Source: Trichosphaerium sp. ATCC 40318 (Eukaryota > Protista > Tubulinea). From it: a stretch of DNA of 64,000 nucleotides. The stretch spans positions 62,001 through 126,000 of the forward strand of contig JALMLS010000287.1 in the NCBI GenBank assembly GCA_038496445.1. Reading direction: 5' to 3'. The notes under the pieces were generated by a model. The model was not told the origin of the DNA and ran no database searches. It saw only the letters and a list, made by a program, of their open reading frames with translations. Positions 14,567 through 26,031 of this stretch are shown piece by piece. Made by a program: the position numbers and the translations under genes. The number at the start of each line of letters is the position of its first letter. Position 1 is the first letter of the stretch.

Positions 14567-15744
14567 ATGGAACCCATACTGAACAGGGAAGCGCAAAATA
14601 AGGTTTTTAAAGATTATTCACTTGACATTGAGCTGTTAGACCTTCCAACAGAGATACTTGCACATATACTCGGCTATTTGGAGCGGTTTTATAGATTTTC
14701 TGTTTCTCAAAGCTGTAAATGTTTATTAGACGTCATACACCATCACATTGGTTACAACTATATACAATTAAGCTCAAGTAATGATTGTCAACGCCTATCA
14801 GGGAGTCCTCTTCTAAAAAACACTCGTATTTCTTTTGAGAATTTCAATGAAGCAACAGATGCAGATATCGCTCTTCTTTCTGGTGTTGATGCTTTATACC
14901 TATGCCATAATGATAATATAACAGATGAAGGCTTAAAGTCTGTGGTTGGTGTAACTTTCCTTGAGATAAATGTTTGTAAGTTCACAGATGAAGGGATTAT
15001 ACCTCTTGTAAAGCATCTCAAACATATTGATTTGCATCAAGTTGATGGAGTTACAGAAAAGGCTTTGAAGCAACTGGATGGGATACCTTCCGTACACCTA
15101 GCTTATAGTAATGTGACAGACAATGTCTTACAATCACTAGCTAAAGTGCATACTATAGATTTATCAGGTTGTGGATTAATCACGGACTCTGGTATTGCAT
15201 CTATGGCCAATGTTCATTGTATATACTTAGATAATACATCAGTCACTGATGTAGGTGTTTCAGCGTTAGGAGGTGTACATACCATTGGCTTATCAAGCTG
15301 TAACCACATCACAGGTGAGTGCATGAAGAGTTTAAAAAATGTGAATACTATAGAGCTATCTAGTACAGCAGCTACTGACGATTGGATCAAACCACTTTCA
15401 TGTGTGCACACAATTCACTTATCATGGTGTAATGGTATCACTGCAGCGGGTATGAAACATCTTACACGAGTTTACTCCATCGACTTAGGGCATTCAAAAG
15501 CAACAGATGATTGGCTTGAACCACTTGCTAATGTTCACGAGATCCGCCTAAGTAAATGCCAGCTGACCATTGAGTGTACTAAATATCTTTCCAATGTACA
15601 CACCATAAACTTGGCGTATACTGGCGCTACAGACGAGTGGGAAAACTGTTAGGTGTAAAAGAGTTAACGATATATGGTTGCAGTGGTATTTCAAACGCAG
15701 GTATTAGCTTACTACAGGATAGAGGTGTGATAGTGCACAAGTAA
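14567..15744 (+). CDS. Intronless F-box/leucine-rich repeat protein, with an apparent frameshift near the C-terminus
   Basis: LLDLPTEILAHILGYL F-box and about 12 LRRs of type VHTIDLSxxxITD. The ORF stops at 15652, but another frame continues KLLGVKELTIYGCSGISNAGISLLQDRGVIVHK to TAA at 15742-15744. Confidence 0.85.
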
Positions 15745-16003
15745 AACCCTTTTGTATTTCCCTGTTATCCATTTTATCATTATGTTCTACCCAAGTCTAT
15801 TCTAGAGTTTGCAAGTCTTTATTGTTTATTATCTGGGGTTGACTTTCCATAGGGCGCAGAAAAGGCCGCTATATTGTTTGTTTGTAGTTTATTTTTGCGT
15901 CTTTAATAAAAGGTTAAGTTGTCATGTTTAGCATTCGTTCCTAATTGAGTTGACTGTTAATTTTCTACTTTATACTAATTATCACGCGTTATTATTGTCC
16001 AGC

Positions 16004-16386
16004 ATGGCGTATAGAAATATGAGAGCACAGCATAGTGCCTTAAAAGCTTCAGAAGGTGTAAATTTAATCAAAAGCGCGAGATTACGTTTATTATTTGCTC
16101 AGTACGATAGAGACGGTAGTGGTACAATAGATATGGATGAAATGGGTCTTCTTTTAAAAGATTTGGGTTACAGCTCAACACAGGCAAGAACAATGGCAAA
16201 GGTGAGCATATAAACAAACAACATTCGACATAGTAAAAGAGTCTGGTTTTTTTTGTATTTTTGTAGCGGTCACGTGATTTTTAACTTTTTTTTTTTCTCG
16301 TCTAGATTTTGATGCTGAAGGCAAAGAAGAATACTGAAGGTCAACTTACATGGGAAGAATTCAATAATGTATGGAGTGCTAAATAA
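16004..16386 (+). CDS. Small two-EF-hand calcium-binding protein
   Basis: Canonical loop DRDGSGTIDMDE. After intron 16202-16305 there is a second degenerate hand NTEGQLTWEEF. Confidence 0.85.
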
Positions 16387-16572
16387 AAGTCCAAAGGGAA
16401 ACGAGGATTTTCATCCCAAAAAGAATGTTCGAAAAGACGGTTTTATTTTTCAAACTTATCGATAGTTTTATTTTGTTCCTTTCTTTGTTCTATGTACATA
16501 CTTGTTGTGTTATCAAAATTTCTGGCGATAGTATAGTTAAATATTGATTTTACAGTTTTTTATGGATCACCG

Positions 16573-18385
16573 TTATGGTATGTAACCATACTCATCATCA
16601 TTTATTGCAAAACTGTTATTATTGTCTGCTACCAATAGGTCAGTTTGAACAAAAAAATATTCCAACTCGGTTTTTTTTTCTGTTTTACTTGTTCGTTAAA
16701 TTTTGCTTCTCAGGCAAATTGTGAATTAAAAAAGAAGTTATAAATAACCAAACTGGAATATTAAACACTAAAAACTGAACAGCCAAACGAAAAAATAAAA
16801 ACCAAGCGATGACAAAGTTCACCAAGAGGATGATGATTTTGTGTTTTTAGCAACTTTTACAGAATCGTACCAAATCCATTTTGTCGTCCTGTAGGTCTAG
16901 GAGACCTTGGTGATACCAAACTACAATACTCACTGCTATGATTTACATACTGTCTAGGTTTCGAAGGGCTATCATTCGATATATTCAGATATTCTCCAAT
17001 CTCAGCTTCATTTGCTGGTAATTGCCTTGACATAGGCACAAACCCATATTCATCATCATGGAAATTCCCGTTATCACTTTGTCTTGGAGGAGGTACCATA
17101 TACTCATCGTTACCCGACCGTATCTCATCTCCAGAGGGCATAACTTGATACTCTTGTTCATGGTCATCATTTGGGTCAAACATCGGAAGAGATGATGAAT
17201 CTTGCTCGAAAACAAAGTGTTCTGACTTATTTGATGTCACGTTATTATCGGGAACATCATCTTCGTCAAAGATTTCTGGTAAGTCCGCGTAGTTCTCTGG
17301 TTCATCAAATGCAGGTACTCCTTTACGTTCTTTCCTAGTTACCCTCATTGTTTGTGTCTCAGCCTCCCTCAGGTTACCCAAACTAGAGTTCGTGAAAAAA
17401 CGGAAGATTTTTTTATCGGGTTTTTTCCCGAACAGTCCACTTACGTTGTTGGACCAATCCGTATATTGTCTAAAGAGAACAAGCCAGGATCTCTGTCTGG
17501 TCGTTCTGCTACTGTGCGTGATCTACCTATTCCATCCCTGCCTGTTTCTGCTTCCTTCTTTCTGTTCGAGAGTGAGTGAAGAGTATTTTAGTTTAAAATT
17601 GATAACTACCTTTGAGCGTCACGTTTCTTTTTATCTACAATAGCGTCAATATTCGTTTTTTGTTAGAATAAGAATAACTTACGATGGCCAGCTACTACAT
17701 TGTTTATATGATCTACCCATTTTGGTGCGTCCGAGGGAGCTCAAAAAAGGGTCAGCGTGAAATTATTTCACGAAGTGTTGTGCGATCTTTCAAATGAACA
17801 CCGCTTCGTTTCGAACACGTGCTGTACGTTTGAAGACATTTTGTTTGGTACACAGCTTTTCTTTTTGCAGTAGTTGCTTTAAAATCGCAACCAACGTTAT
17901 AGTACGTACAAGTGCGCACATGGTATACTCTGTAGAGTGTCACTATATTAAATAGTTGGTATTTTTTCCTTTCTTCTTTCAGAATAGCTCTAACGACTGA
18001 TGCTATTGGTATTCTCCCTTTTAAACTACGTCTACTCTATATTCACAGTAAGAACAAAGCGTCTAACTACACGTGTAGCATATAAAAACTCTAGAATGCG
18101 CAGTAGAGTGTACCCCTTTCAAAGCGTAATAAGTCACGTGATTTTCAGTCAACACAAACTCTCTCTTTGTCCAGTTCTAACAACAACCTATTAGCCCATA
18201 GTGCTTATACAGCAGAAATAATGTAATAACAAAAACAAGACCAAGCGGAACTTCCCTTGGCAAGGGTTTGAGCAGAGCGCTGTTTTTTGTTGTATATGGT
18301 AAATATTGCTTCGTACCCTTCTCGTAGCCCCGCCTTTCTTTACAGCTAATCCCCTGAATATCTCCTTGTCCGTATTAAAAGCCAT
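16573..18385 (-). CDS. N-terminal PH-domain protein with disordered, tyrosine-motif-rich tail (docking-adaptor-like)
   Basis: Spliced MAFNTDKEIFRGLAVKKGGATRR|NWTKREFVLTENHVTYY...LKGRIPI...LYRVYH...KWVDHI. The tail ORF 16857-17381 has repeated acidic-Tyr motifs. Confidence 0.75.
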
Positions 18386-18743
18386 ACACCACACCCTAAC
18401 ACCGTATCGAGGAGGTTCTGCTCCGGAAATTACGATCACAAAAGTCAAGCAAAATCGGTGCGTCTTAAGAAAAAAGTGCACTACTAATTTTCAATGAAGA
18501 ACATTGTTCGCTGTGGAGTTTCTTCAACAATACTTTGTACCAAGTATAAACCACGTATTCTAATGATAGACTCTCAAAGATTTACAAATAGAACTTCGGA
18601 GTGAATTATCTCACGTGTAAGATGAGATATCTGCTTTTTGGCGTAAGTGCCGTTTTATTTTAATGGTAAAAAAAGAAAGAAGTATGACATTCGTCGCTTT
18701 AACTTATTGTTATCGTCACGTGAAAAAACTCCGTGTGTTTTCT

Positions 18744-20507
18744 TTATTTTTGAACGTGTGGGAAGCATTCCTTGCAACAAGGTTTGTTGCCAATCGGGTA
18801 AAATGGTACACCTGCCATTGGTTTAGAGCACCTAGAGTAAAGTTATTGTAAACTACATAGGATTTGTTACGTGCCTTTGACAAACAAAACAAGCTCTATG
18901 CCATGTTTGACCCATAGCTTTTAGTGCCTTACCACTCACCATTGCTTGACCGCATCCACCGCACCTTAATGACGTGAGAAAGGGGTTTTTTACAGGTGAT
19001 AATCGTTGATGTCGTGATGTTTTTAAACGTACTTATGGCAACAAGCAGTCTTGTAGCATGGCTCACAGTATAGTTGTCCTTCAAATTCATAGAAAGATTT
19101 ATTCTTGGCACCACATTTTATGCAACAGAAACAGTCTTGGTGATATGCTTTTCCCATAGCTATAGAAAATCGAGGTTTTAATAGACAACCGCAATGTAAA
19201 AATAAAAAGAATTAATTCAAAACTAGGGAAGTACCTTTTACTATTTTTTCGTTCATTCTTACAGGTTTACGGCAGACGTAACATATTCCTAGTAATGAAT
19301 AAGTTACAGTATCAGTGAGGATTATTAAAATTAGTAAATAGACGTACCTCTTGTATCATGGACATCGCCGCCTTTAGCATCATTCATTTCAGTACCAAAA
19401 TTATTGAGTAAATCTTCTAGAGGATCATAACCGCTTTTTTTCTTCTGTGGCGACGCATGCTTTTGTTCTCTTGGAGGCGTAGGTGCGAGCGAAGAGCTAA
19501 CCGAAAAAATCCGCTTAGTGATGGAAAAATTATCACGTGATTTTGCACTGAAGTATTGCTTGTTTTTACAAGTCTTACCTTGATGTACTTCGTGAGTGAA
19601 GTGAAGTTGACATACGGGATCTTGGGGTAGGCGAAAGGTCGTTTCTACGAGAAGAAGCTGCTTTTCTTTGTTTTGCAGCTGATCTTGGCCCTGTTGAGGC
19701 CTGTACTGGCGCGTTAAGCGTTGCCAATAGATCGTCTAACCCATCATCGTCTGCCGGTTTGGGTTTAGGAGGTGCCGTCGTAGTCATAGTAAAAGACGAT
19801 CTTACAGGCCCTGATGATCTAGGCTGATTGGTCGTTGCGCCAAAACGGCCAAATGACCCAGCTTCGGATCGCCTTCATGAATTAATAAGCTTTTTTGGGT
19901 TCGATAGCATTGATTTGGGCATACGCTGTTGATTCACCTGCGCCTGGTAAGTCGTCCATCTCTGCTAGTATATCATCGAGTCCATTCTCGTAGTCACCTG
20001 CGATGTTTGGATTACCTGCCTTCTAAAAACAATAACTTACTTGCATTAGACTTCCTATTTGAAGTACTATACTCTTCTGGAAACACAGGCGGTTCAGATC
20101 TACGCTGTGATAAACGTATTGCTTCATCTATATCTCCCATAACGTCTTGAAACATATCATCGGTGCCATTGACAACAGCTATGAAACATATAAGCACACG
20201 TGATAGTTAAAATGGCAAACCCTCGAATTACTACAAAAAATAATAAATTCCAGCCCCTTGCCCGTTGTATCCACCTTTTTTGCCTTCGCGTTACTTAGTA
20301 CCTTTATTTGCGGAAGAATCAACGGTAAGAGTGGAGTCTAAATCTGCTAATAAATTATCTAGATCGTCTGTTGGATCATTCTATCACGTGTCAATAACTC
20401 TTGGGTTATTAATTAAAGCTTTTTTTTTTCAAACTCACACTGTCAACGTTTATTCCAACTGTGGCGTCTAAATCCGCAAGAAGGTCATCAAAGTCGTCTC
20501 CAGACAT
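18744..20507 (-). CDS. Paxillin-like protein: about 6 LD-like motifs and 2 LIM domains
   Basis: FDDLLADL, LDNLLADL, LDDILADM, LDDLLATL, LEDLLNNF. LIM1 CYVC...HQDCFCCIKC...YCEPC, LIM2 CGGC...WHRACFVCQRC...CCKEC, then stop. Confidence 0.8.
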
Positions 20508-20647
20508 GTGGGCGCGTGTTGTTGTATTTTAAGCTACAGAAAGAACAACGCGAGAAGTCCAGCCAAGTCAGTTATACGCCATACAAACGGCCTAATTACG
20601 CTTGTAATTCCTGTTTAGTGGGCCTATATTTGTATTGTCCAAAAATC

Positions 20648-20659
20648 TATCACGTGATA
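20648..20659. promoter_or_regulatory. Perfect 12-bp E-box palindrome TATCACGTGATA in a divergent promoter
   Basis: Lies near the middle of the ~310-bp gap between the paxillin-like ATG (20507, -) and the F-box/SPRY ATG (20820, +). Confidence 0.45.
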
Positions 20660-20819
20660 ATCAGCCTGGAGTTTGTATCGGCTTTCATAAATCCTTACGT
20701 AACCGTGTTTGCGTGATCTGTTCTCTGGACTTTTCTCGCACATTTAGGTCAATACGGCTGTTAAAGCGCTTGATGAGGTTACAACGTGCTTGCACAACCT
20801 AAATAAATAGTACAGTCAC

Positions 20820-22534
20820 ATGGAGGCTATCCCTGAGGATGTAGTACTGTATTATTTTACAAAGTACGTATTAGTATCTGAATAGGCCATAAACAACCTT
20901 AAACCACTAAAATAAACGCGAATCCAGGTATTTGAGCCTTATTGATATTATTCAGCTGCATTGCGCTTCTAGTACTTTAAAACGGCCGCTTTCGCGTAGT
21001 AGTACTTGGAGACACTTTGCTAAGGTCTATTATAACGTACACGATGACATATTGAAACACAACGATATAAACCGCCTGGACGTTAAATATATGTTCTCTT
21101 ATACTTCTCTTTTACATAAAACCGAAATGCGTAACCTCAGCTCGTCGTACGGGTTAACAACTTCAACAACATTCAAGACTTTAGACATACATAAGGTTGG
21201 CACGATAAATGTATCCTTTAAAAAAAAAACGTGTTCGAAACGATTTCTTTAAAGTTAGATGGTTTTTTTTTGACTATGTGAGACATTTCAAGGCGTTAAC
21301 CCTCTTTATCCTTTGCCACAACTCAGTTGTAGTATTGGCTATTACGAGATAAGACTTCATGAGATCGCAGATGATGGAGGGGCACTCTACGACAGGAAGT
21401 AAGTTGTACTTCTGTAACCGGTTGCATTGAGAATTCTAACATGTTTTCAAGCTCTCAGTGGTGCTCCATTGGTGTAGGAGGTCATCTGGAAGGTGTATCA
21501 AATACACTAAATACAAGTCACACTCCCTACCACTTTCATGCTGGCTGTGTTCCTAATGTACGCTTAAAACGAAATCAACTATTTTCTGGGTTTTTTCCAA
21601 TTATGAAAAACGTTTTACTTCATGATTAGATTGTAATCATCTTATATAGAGTTGCGGGTATAGCGCAGATGGTAATGTATACTTTGGGTTTGTGGATAAC
21701 ATAAAGAACATATCTTGTAGTTGGGAACGAACATCAACAATAGGGTAACGCTACAGTACATGAATATTTTTAATAACTTTTTTTAGATGTGGATTAAAGT
21801 ATGATTCAAAAGAGATTTTTTTCACCTTAGATGGCATTCTCGTAGGATCATTCCCATTCTCAAATATCAATGGATCTATGTACCCCATCGTAGGTATGTA
21901 CAGAGATTACAAAACAAGAGCTTAAAGCCGTTTTTTAATCAGTACTTATTAGCAATTTATCAAAATCTGGCTGTACAACAAGTTGACTTTGTATTCGACC
22001 CTAAGGAGTTTTTATTTAATCTAAATGATCTCAATATACAATTGAAGCATCCACTAAGCTTCAGAAAGCGTATCAAGAGTATTATACGTGAGGCAAAGCC
22101 TGTGATAATAACATCAACGGAAATGCGCTCTGGCTACTTTGGACGTTTGAACCAGAACTTCACTTGTGCTATAACAGATCTTGGACAAGCACAGGAATAC
22201 CTAGGTATGCAATTGATACGAATGACTGCGTTTGATTAAAACAAATATTAAAGAACAAGAGGCTTAAGAGCCTTAAACTTCTGTTGCTTTGAGTGTCTCA
22301 AGAAAAAATTGATTTGCTTACTAACCTCTTTCAGACAGTGGTTCGTATTCACTTGACGGTATAAAACATATGTGTTCTACCTGGTTGAGAGTACAGTTAC
22401 CACAGGAAGTTGATATCAATCAAGCTGCGGAAATTGCAAAGACAACAATTGGAGAGTACAAACACATTTCCGTTAGTTTGTTCGTAATTCCTCAAATAAA
22501 ACGAGTGTTATCTTCAAGTCCGTATAAATGGTAA
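20820..22534 (+). CDS. F-box-like plus SPRY/B30.2 domain protein
   Basis: MEAIPEDVVLYYFTKYL N-terminus. SPRY-like IGYYEI, CSIGVG, GYSADG, CGLKYDSKEIFFTLDG, MYPIV. Contains a probable U12 intron. Confidence 0.7.
21211..21282 (+). other. Probable U12-type (minor) GT-AG intron
   Basis: 5' end GTATCCTTT, 3' end TTTTTTTTGACTATGTGAG. The nearer AGs (21254, 21258) run into stops. This acceptor joins KVGTIN|TFQGVNP in frame. Confidence 0.65.
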
Positions 22535-22611
22535 CACCTTCAAATCTATTATGATCCTACTCATTTGTTTAAAGGTCTAAACACAGAACGGAAAACCAAA
22601 TCCATGATATA

Positions 22612-23811
22612 ATGATGGCTACATGGTAATGTCTTTATATCGTTCACGTGATCTGTTGCTTTTTTTTGACTCTTTACTAGCCTCCTCTCTCTTGGACAAA
22701 GGGATTTAGATGCCAGTTTTATCCACTTGATAGAATGGAATAGACGTTGGTTGTGTAATATAGTGTACAAGGAGAATGAATACGAGAATGATGAAGTAAG
22801 TGTTGCCTTTATTTCATAACTTCTAAACATGTTCACTTCATAACAAGCTATTAATGTATTTTGGTTTAGGAGCTTTTCAAAGATGCAGTAGCACATATCT
22901 TCAATATGGTATTCACTGGAGATTCTTTCGTTACAATAGGAGAACTTCTTAATGAAGTTGAAGACATTCAAGTACCGGATTTAGATGACATGATGCTTGT
23001 ACTGAATGACATTGTAATATCATGCGTGCGTACAAAAACACTATGTAAATTTTAACTATGTAATACAGCAACCCTCTATGGCTGCAAAAGCTCTTCAGAC
23101 GTATAAATCTCTGATAGATATAAAAGCTACTGGACCGGATTTGGAACTTCTTTTCAAGACGTATACGGCATTGAAAGATATGTCTTGTACTTCGAATGAA
23201 CCAAATGTTGTTGAAGCTATGCATACGTAATATATTCCTTCAGTTTTGTTTTGACTGCTACCACGTGATTTATGTCAACTTCTTTATTTTTTGCTCAAGC
23301 GGCGCTTGTTTGATAGCATGCTTAATGTTTTTTAACTCTACTGTAGATATTGGATTCAATGGAGTAGATGGTCACCTCTTGTATCGTCATTGAACAAAAA
23401 TGAAGTCAGCTATAGGGCAAAAGCATTACAAGATGTTGGTAATGCCTTCAAGGAACTTTTCAACCAAGTATGTCATAACGAAACAAATTCTACTTTTTTT
23501 CGTCTCGTTGATTTTTTTTCAAGACAATCACTTCGGATATATCAACACTGTCATCATGTCAACAACATGATAACATACTATTGAATAAGATGAAAGAAAA
23601 GTATACATTGTTTTATCCAAACGATTTGAACGAGATAGAGAAGAGCTCGATTATTTCCTTGAAGACTTTCTTAGAAAGAAAAATAGACTTTGAAAATGTA
23701 TCAGTAAGCAGAAAAAAAGAAGAAAGAATATCATTTTGGAAAGATGTTGGATTCTTTTCAGCCAGCTTAATAGTCATCGGTTTTGTAGGCATTGTAATGC
23801 TTAAAAAATAA
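22612..23811 (+). CDS. Hypothetical tail-anchored membrane protein
   Basis: Phase-consistent GT-AG exons. Single C-terminal TM FWKDVGFFSASLIVIGFVGIVMLKK, then stop. Confidence 0.55.
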
Positions 23812-24501
23812 ACAATTTTAATCAAACAGTCAGCTTGTAAGCGTTGAACTTTGATAGCTAACTAAGCCAACAAATTCACCTTTGTAGTATGTAAGAAGTG
23901 CCACAACACACTTTGTCTTACATGTTTTAGGGTTCTTAACAGTCAATAAAGTAGGCTAATACACATAAGAAAAAGCCATTAATGAGAGTAAAAGCGCAAG
24001 TATCATGTACTTGGTCTCCGTTCATTGCATGACATAGTACATATCCACTTTACAACACCATATCTATTTCCCTTTATGTTTTTCTGCTTCATCAAAGTGT
24101 GTATTGATTACAGCTCTTGATGGTAGCGTATGGAATTTTGTGAATGTCTCACTGTTGTATATACTGGTATTTTTGTTAGTGCTTACCTTTTTGTTTGTAA
24201 GATATGTTCTAACGCTTGTGTAAGTAGTTAAATCTGTGAATACTGTAGGATTCACAAAAGCTCACAAAACTATGTGTGCGACATTGTGGTACACGCCTTT
24301 TTATTTGTTTGGGTGCACCTAATCAACCGAGTTTGACCAGGGAGCCAGCATTTGAGACAGTTTCAAGATTCTAAAGATATAAGTTTTTTCAACAGGACAA
24401 AGGCAAAACATTCTGTATTTATCCAAGAACACATTGTCTGACATTTTTCTTGATTGTAATTTCTGGTGTTTAGTCAAAAGCGTATCAAGATAATATCACA
24501 A

Positions 24502-25133
24502 TCAAAGCTTTGCCTTTTTTGGTGCACGTGTGAGGAATCTACGTCAGATAAACAAAAAAAGGACAACTTTTCAATATTATATGCTCGTACGTTCTCTTGG
24601 ATACCACAAACTGAGCATACTTAACATAGAATTGTTCTGTAGCTTTATTTGTTTGAAGTGCTACAGAAATACCAGAAAAGAAAGGATGCTTGTTGACAAT
24701 ACAATTCACAAAGAACTGACCTTGTTCAAAAAAAAATCAGATGACAAATGATACTTTTTTTACATCTCAGTGCACACTAGAATACTTGAGACTTACCTAG
24801 TTTATTGCCTTGGTGTTCTGGTAACAAGAAAACATCAGATAAGTATGCAAAAGTAGTCATATCTGTAACATAACGCGCAAAACCGACTGTTTTGTTGTTG
24901 TAATACACTGCAAAGCAGTATGACTTTTGTATGGTGTTAATAACGGTCTAGCAGTTACATTAAGCATACTACAGTATAAATAGAACACGTCTTGCCTGTT
25001 TACTACGTCCTTTGGCCCAATATGATTGGTTAGAAAGGTAATCATGAACTGTGTCGATTGAGAGATTACTGATATCTGTAGATACAATGTAGTCATTATA
25101 ACACCATGAACAATGAGGTAGAAGTTTATTCAT
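24502..25133 (-). CDS. GNAT-family N-acetyltransferase (bacterial-like) ending in PTS1-like AKL
   Basis: Spliced YIVSTDISNLSIDTVHDYLSNQSYWAKGRSKQ|TVINTIQKSYCFAVY...VGFARYVTDMTTFAYLSDVFLLPEHQGNKLG (acetyl-CoA motif A)...PKKAKL, then stop. Confidence 0.85.
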
Positions 25134-26031
25134 CGTGTTGAAGCTAAAAAAAGATGAATGACTCAGCATCAGATAAATTCTCGTAAATTTCTTCATCGTA
25201 CACGTGTCCAATCTGATTTACAAGTCAGAAATATTGCACTCCATTGCACTCCATTTTGCTATCAGTCTCATCTGTTTGAATAAAACGCCGTGAAGAAGCA
25301 TGTTTGCTATTGACAGAACTGTGCTTATTCTTCATCTCTGTTGTGTAAACAAATTATAGGAAGTGGTATACACTATCAAAGAAGGTACAAGAGTTGGCAT
25401 GAAAAACTATACATGTATGTATGTAATAAACACACTAGCTCAAATACTGTAATTTACTTTCTGTGTATAATAATTATCGTATTCTTCTACTCTTGAGGTT
25501 GTAGTTGCATTGTTTTGTAAATCCTAACTTTATTTAGGCTTGATAACGAACCGATTTGTTGTTACTAAATAATTTTAAGTTGACAGTGCTATTGCGCTCC
25601 AACTGCTAAACGGCTAGTATAACCTAGCTTGTAGCAAGTTGTGGTGCCGGCCGGTTTTGAAATGCGTATTACAACTAGGAATAAGAGTAGGTTAGAAAAA
25701 CTAGCGTGTAAGAGCTCAGCGCTTACGAGTGCAACTTGAATATCAGTAAACTAATTCTTAATTATTTCTCTTTTGATTGCACTACCACGTGACCACAGCG
25801 GATCAAACTCATTGAATTGCTTACAACTAATAAACTAGATAGGCCACGAATAACTGGAGATTAACAACGGTGCAGCCAACAAAAAAACTCGCTTTCTAAG
25901 CCTAGTGCCTGATTTTTGATAAAAGGCTCAAATGTATGAAAACCGAGTATTTGAAACGAGCTGTTTTGCTTGTTTTGGGTAATAAAGTCCAAATTCGTCC
26001 AGTGCTTAAAACCAACGCGTGTTAACACGCC

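Noticed and set aside
21271-21273. In-frame TGA suggesting stop-codon reassignment or selenocysteine
   Set aside because: It is removed by the U12-type intron model. Other reconstructed genes have no internal stops and end in TAA, TAG or TGA.
25233-25255. Short tandem duplication ATTGCACTCC x2
   Set aside because: Only two copies, with no functional context.
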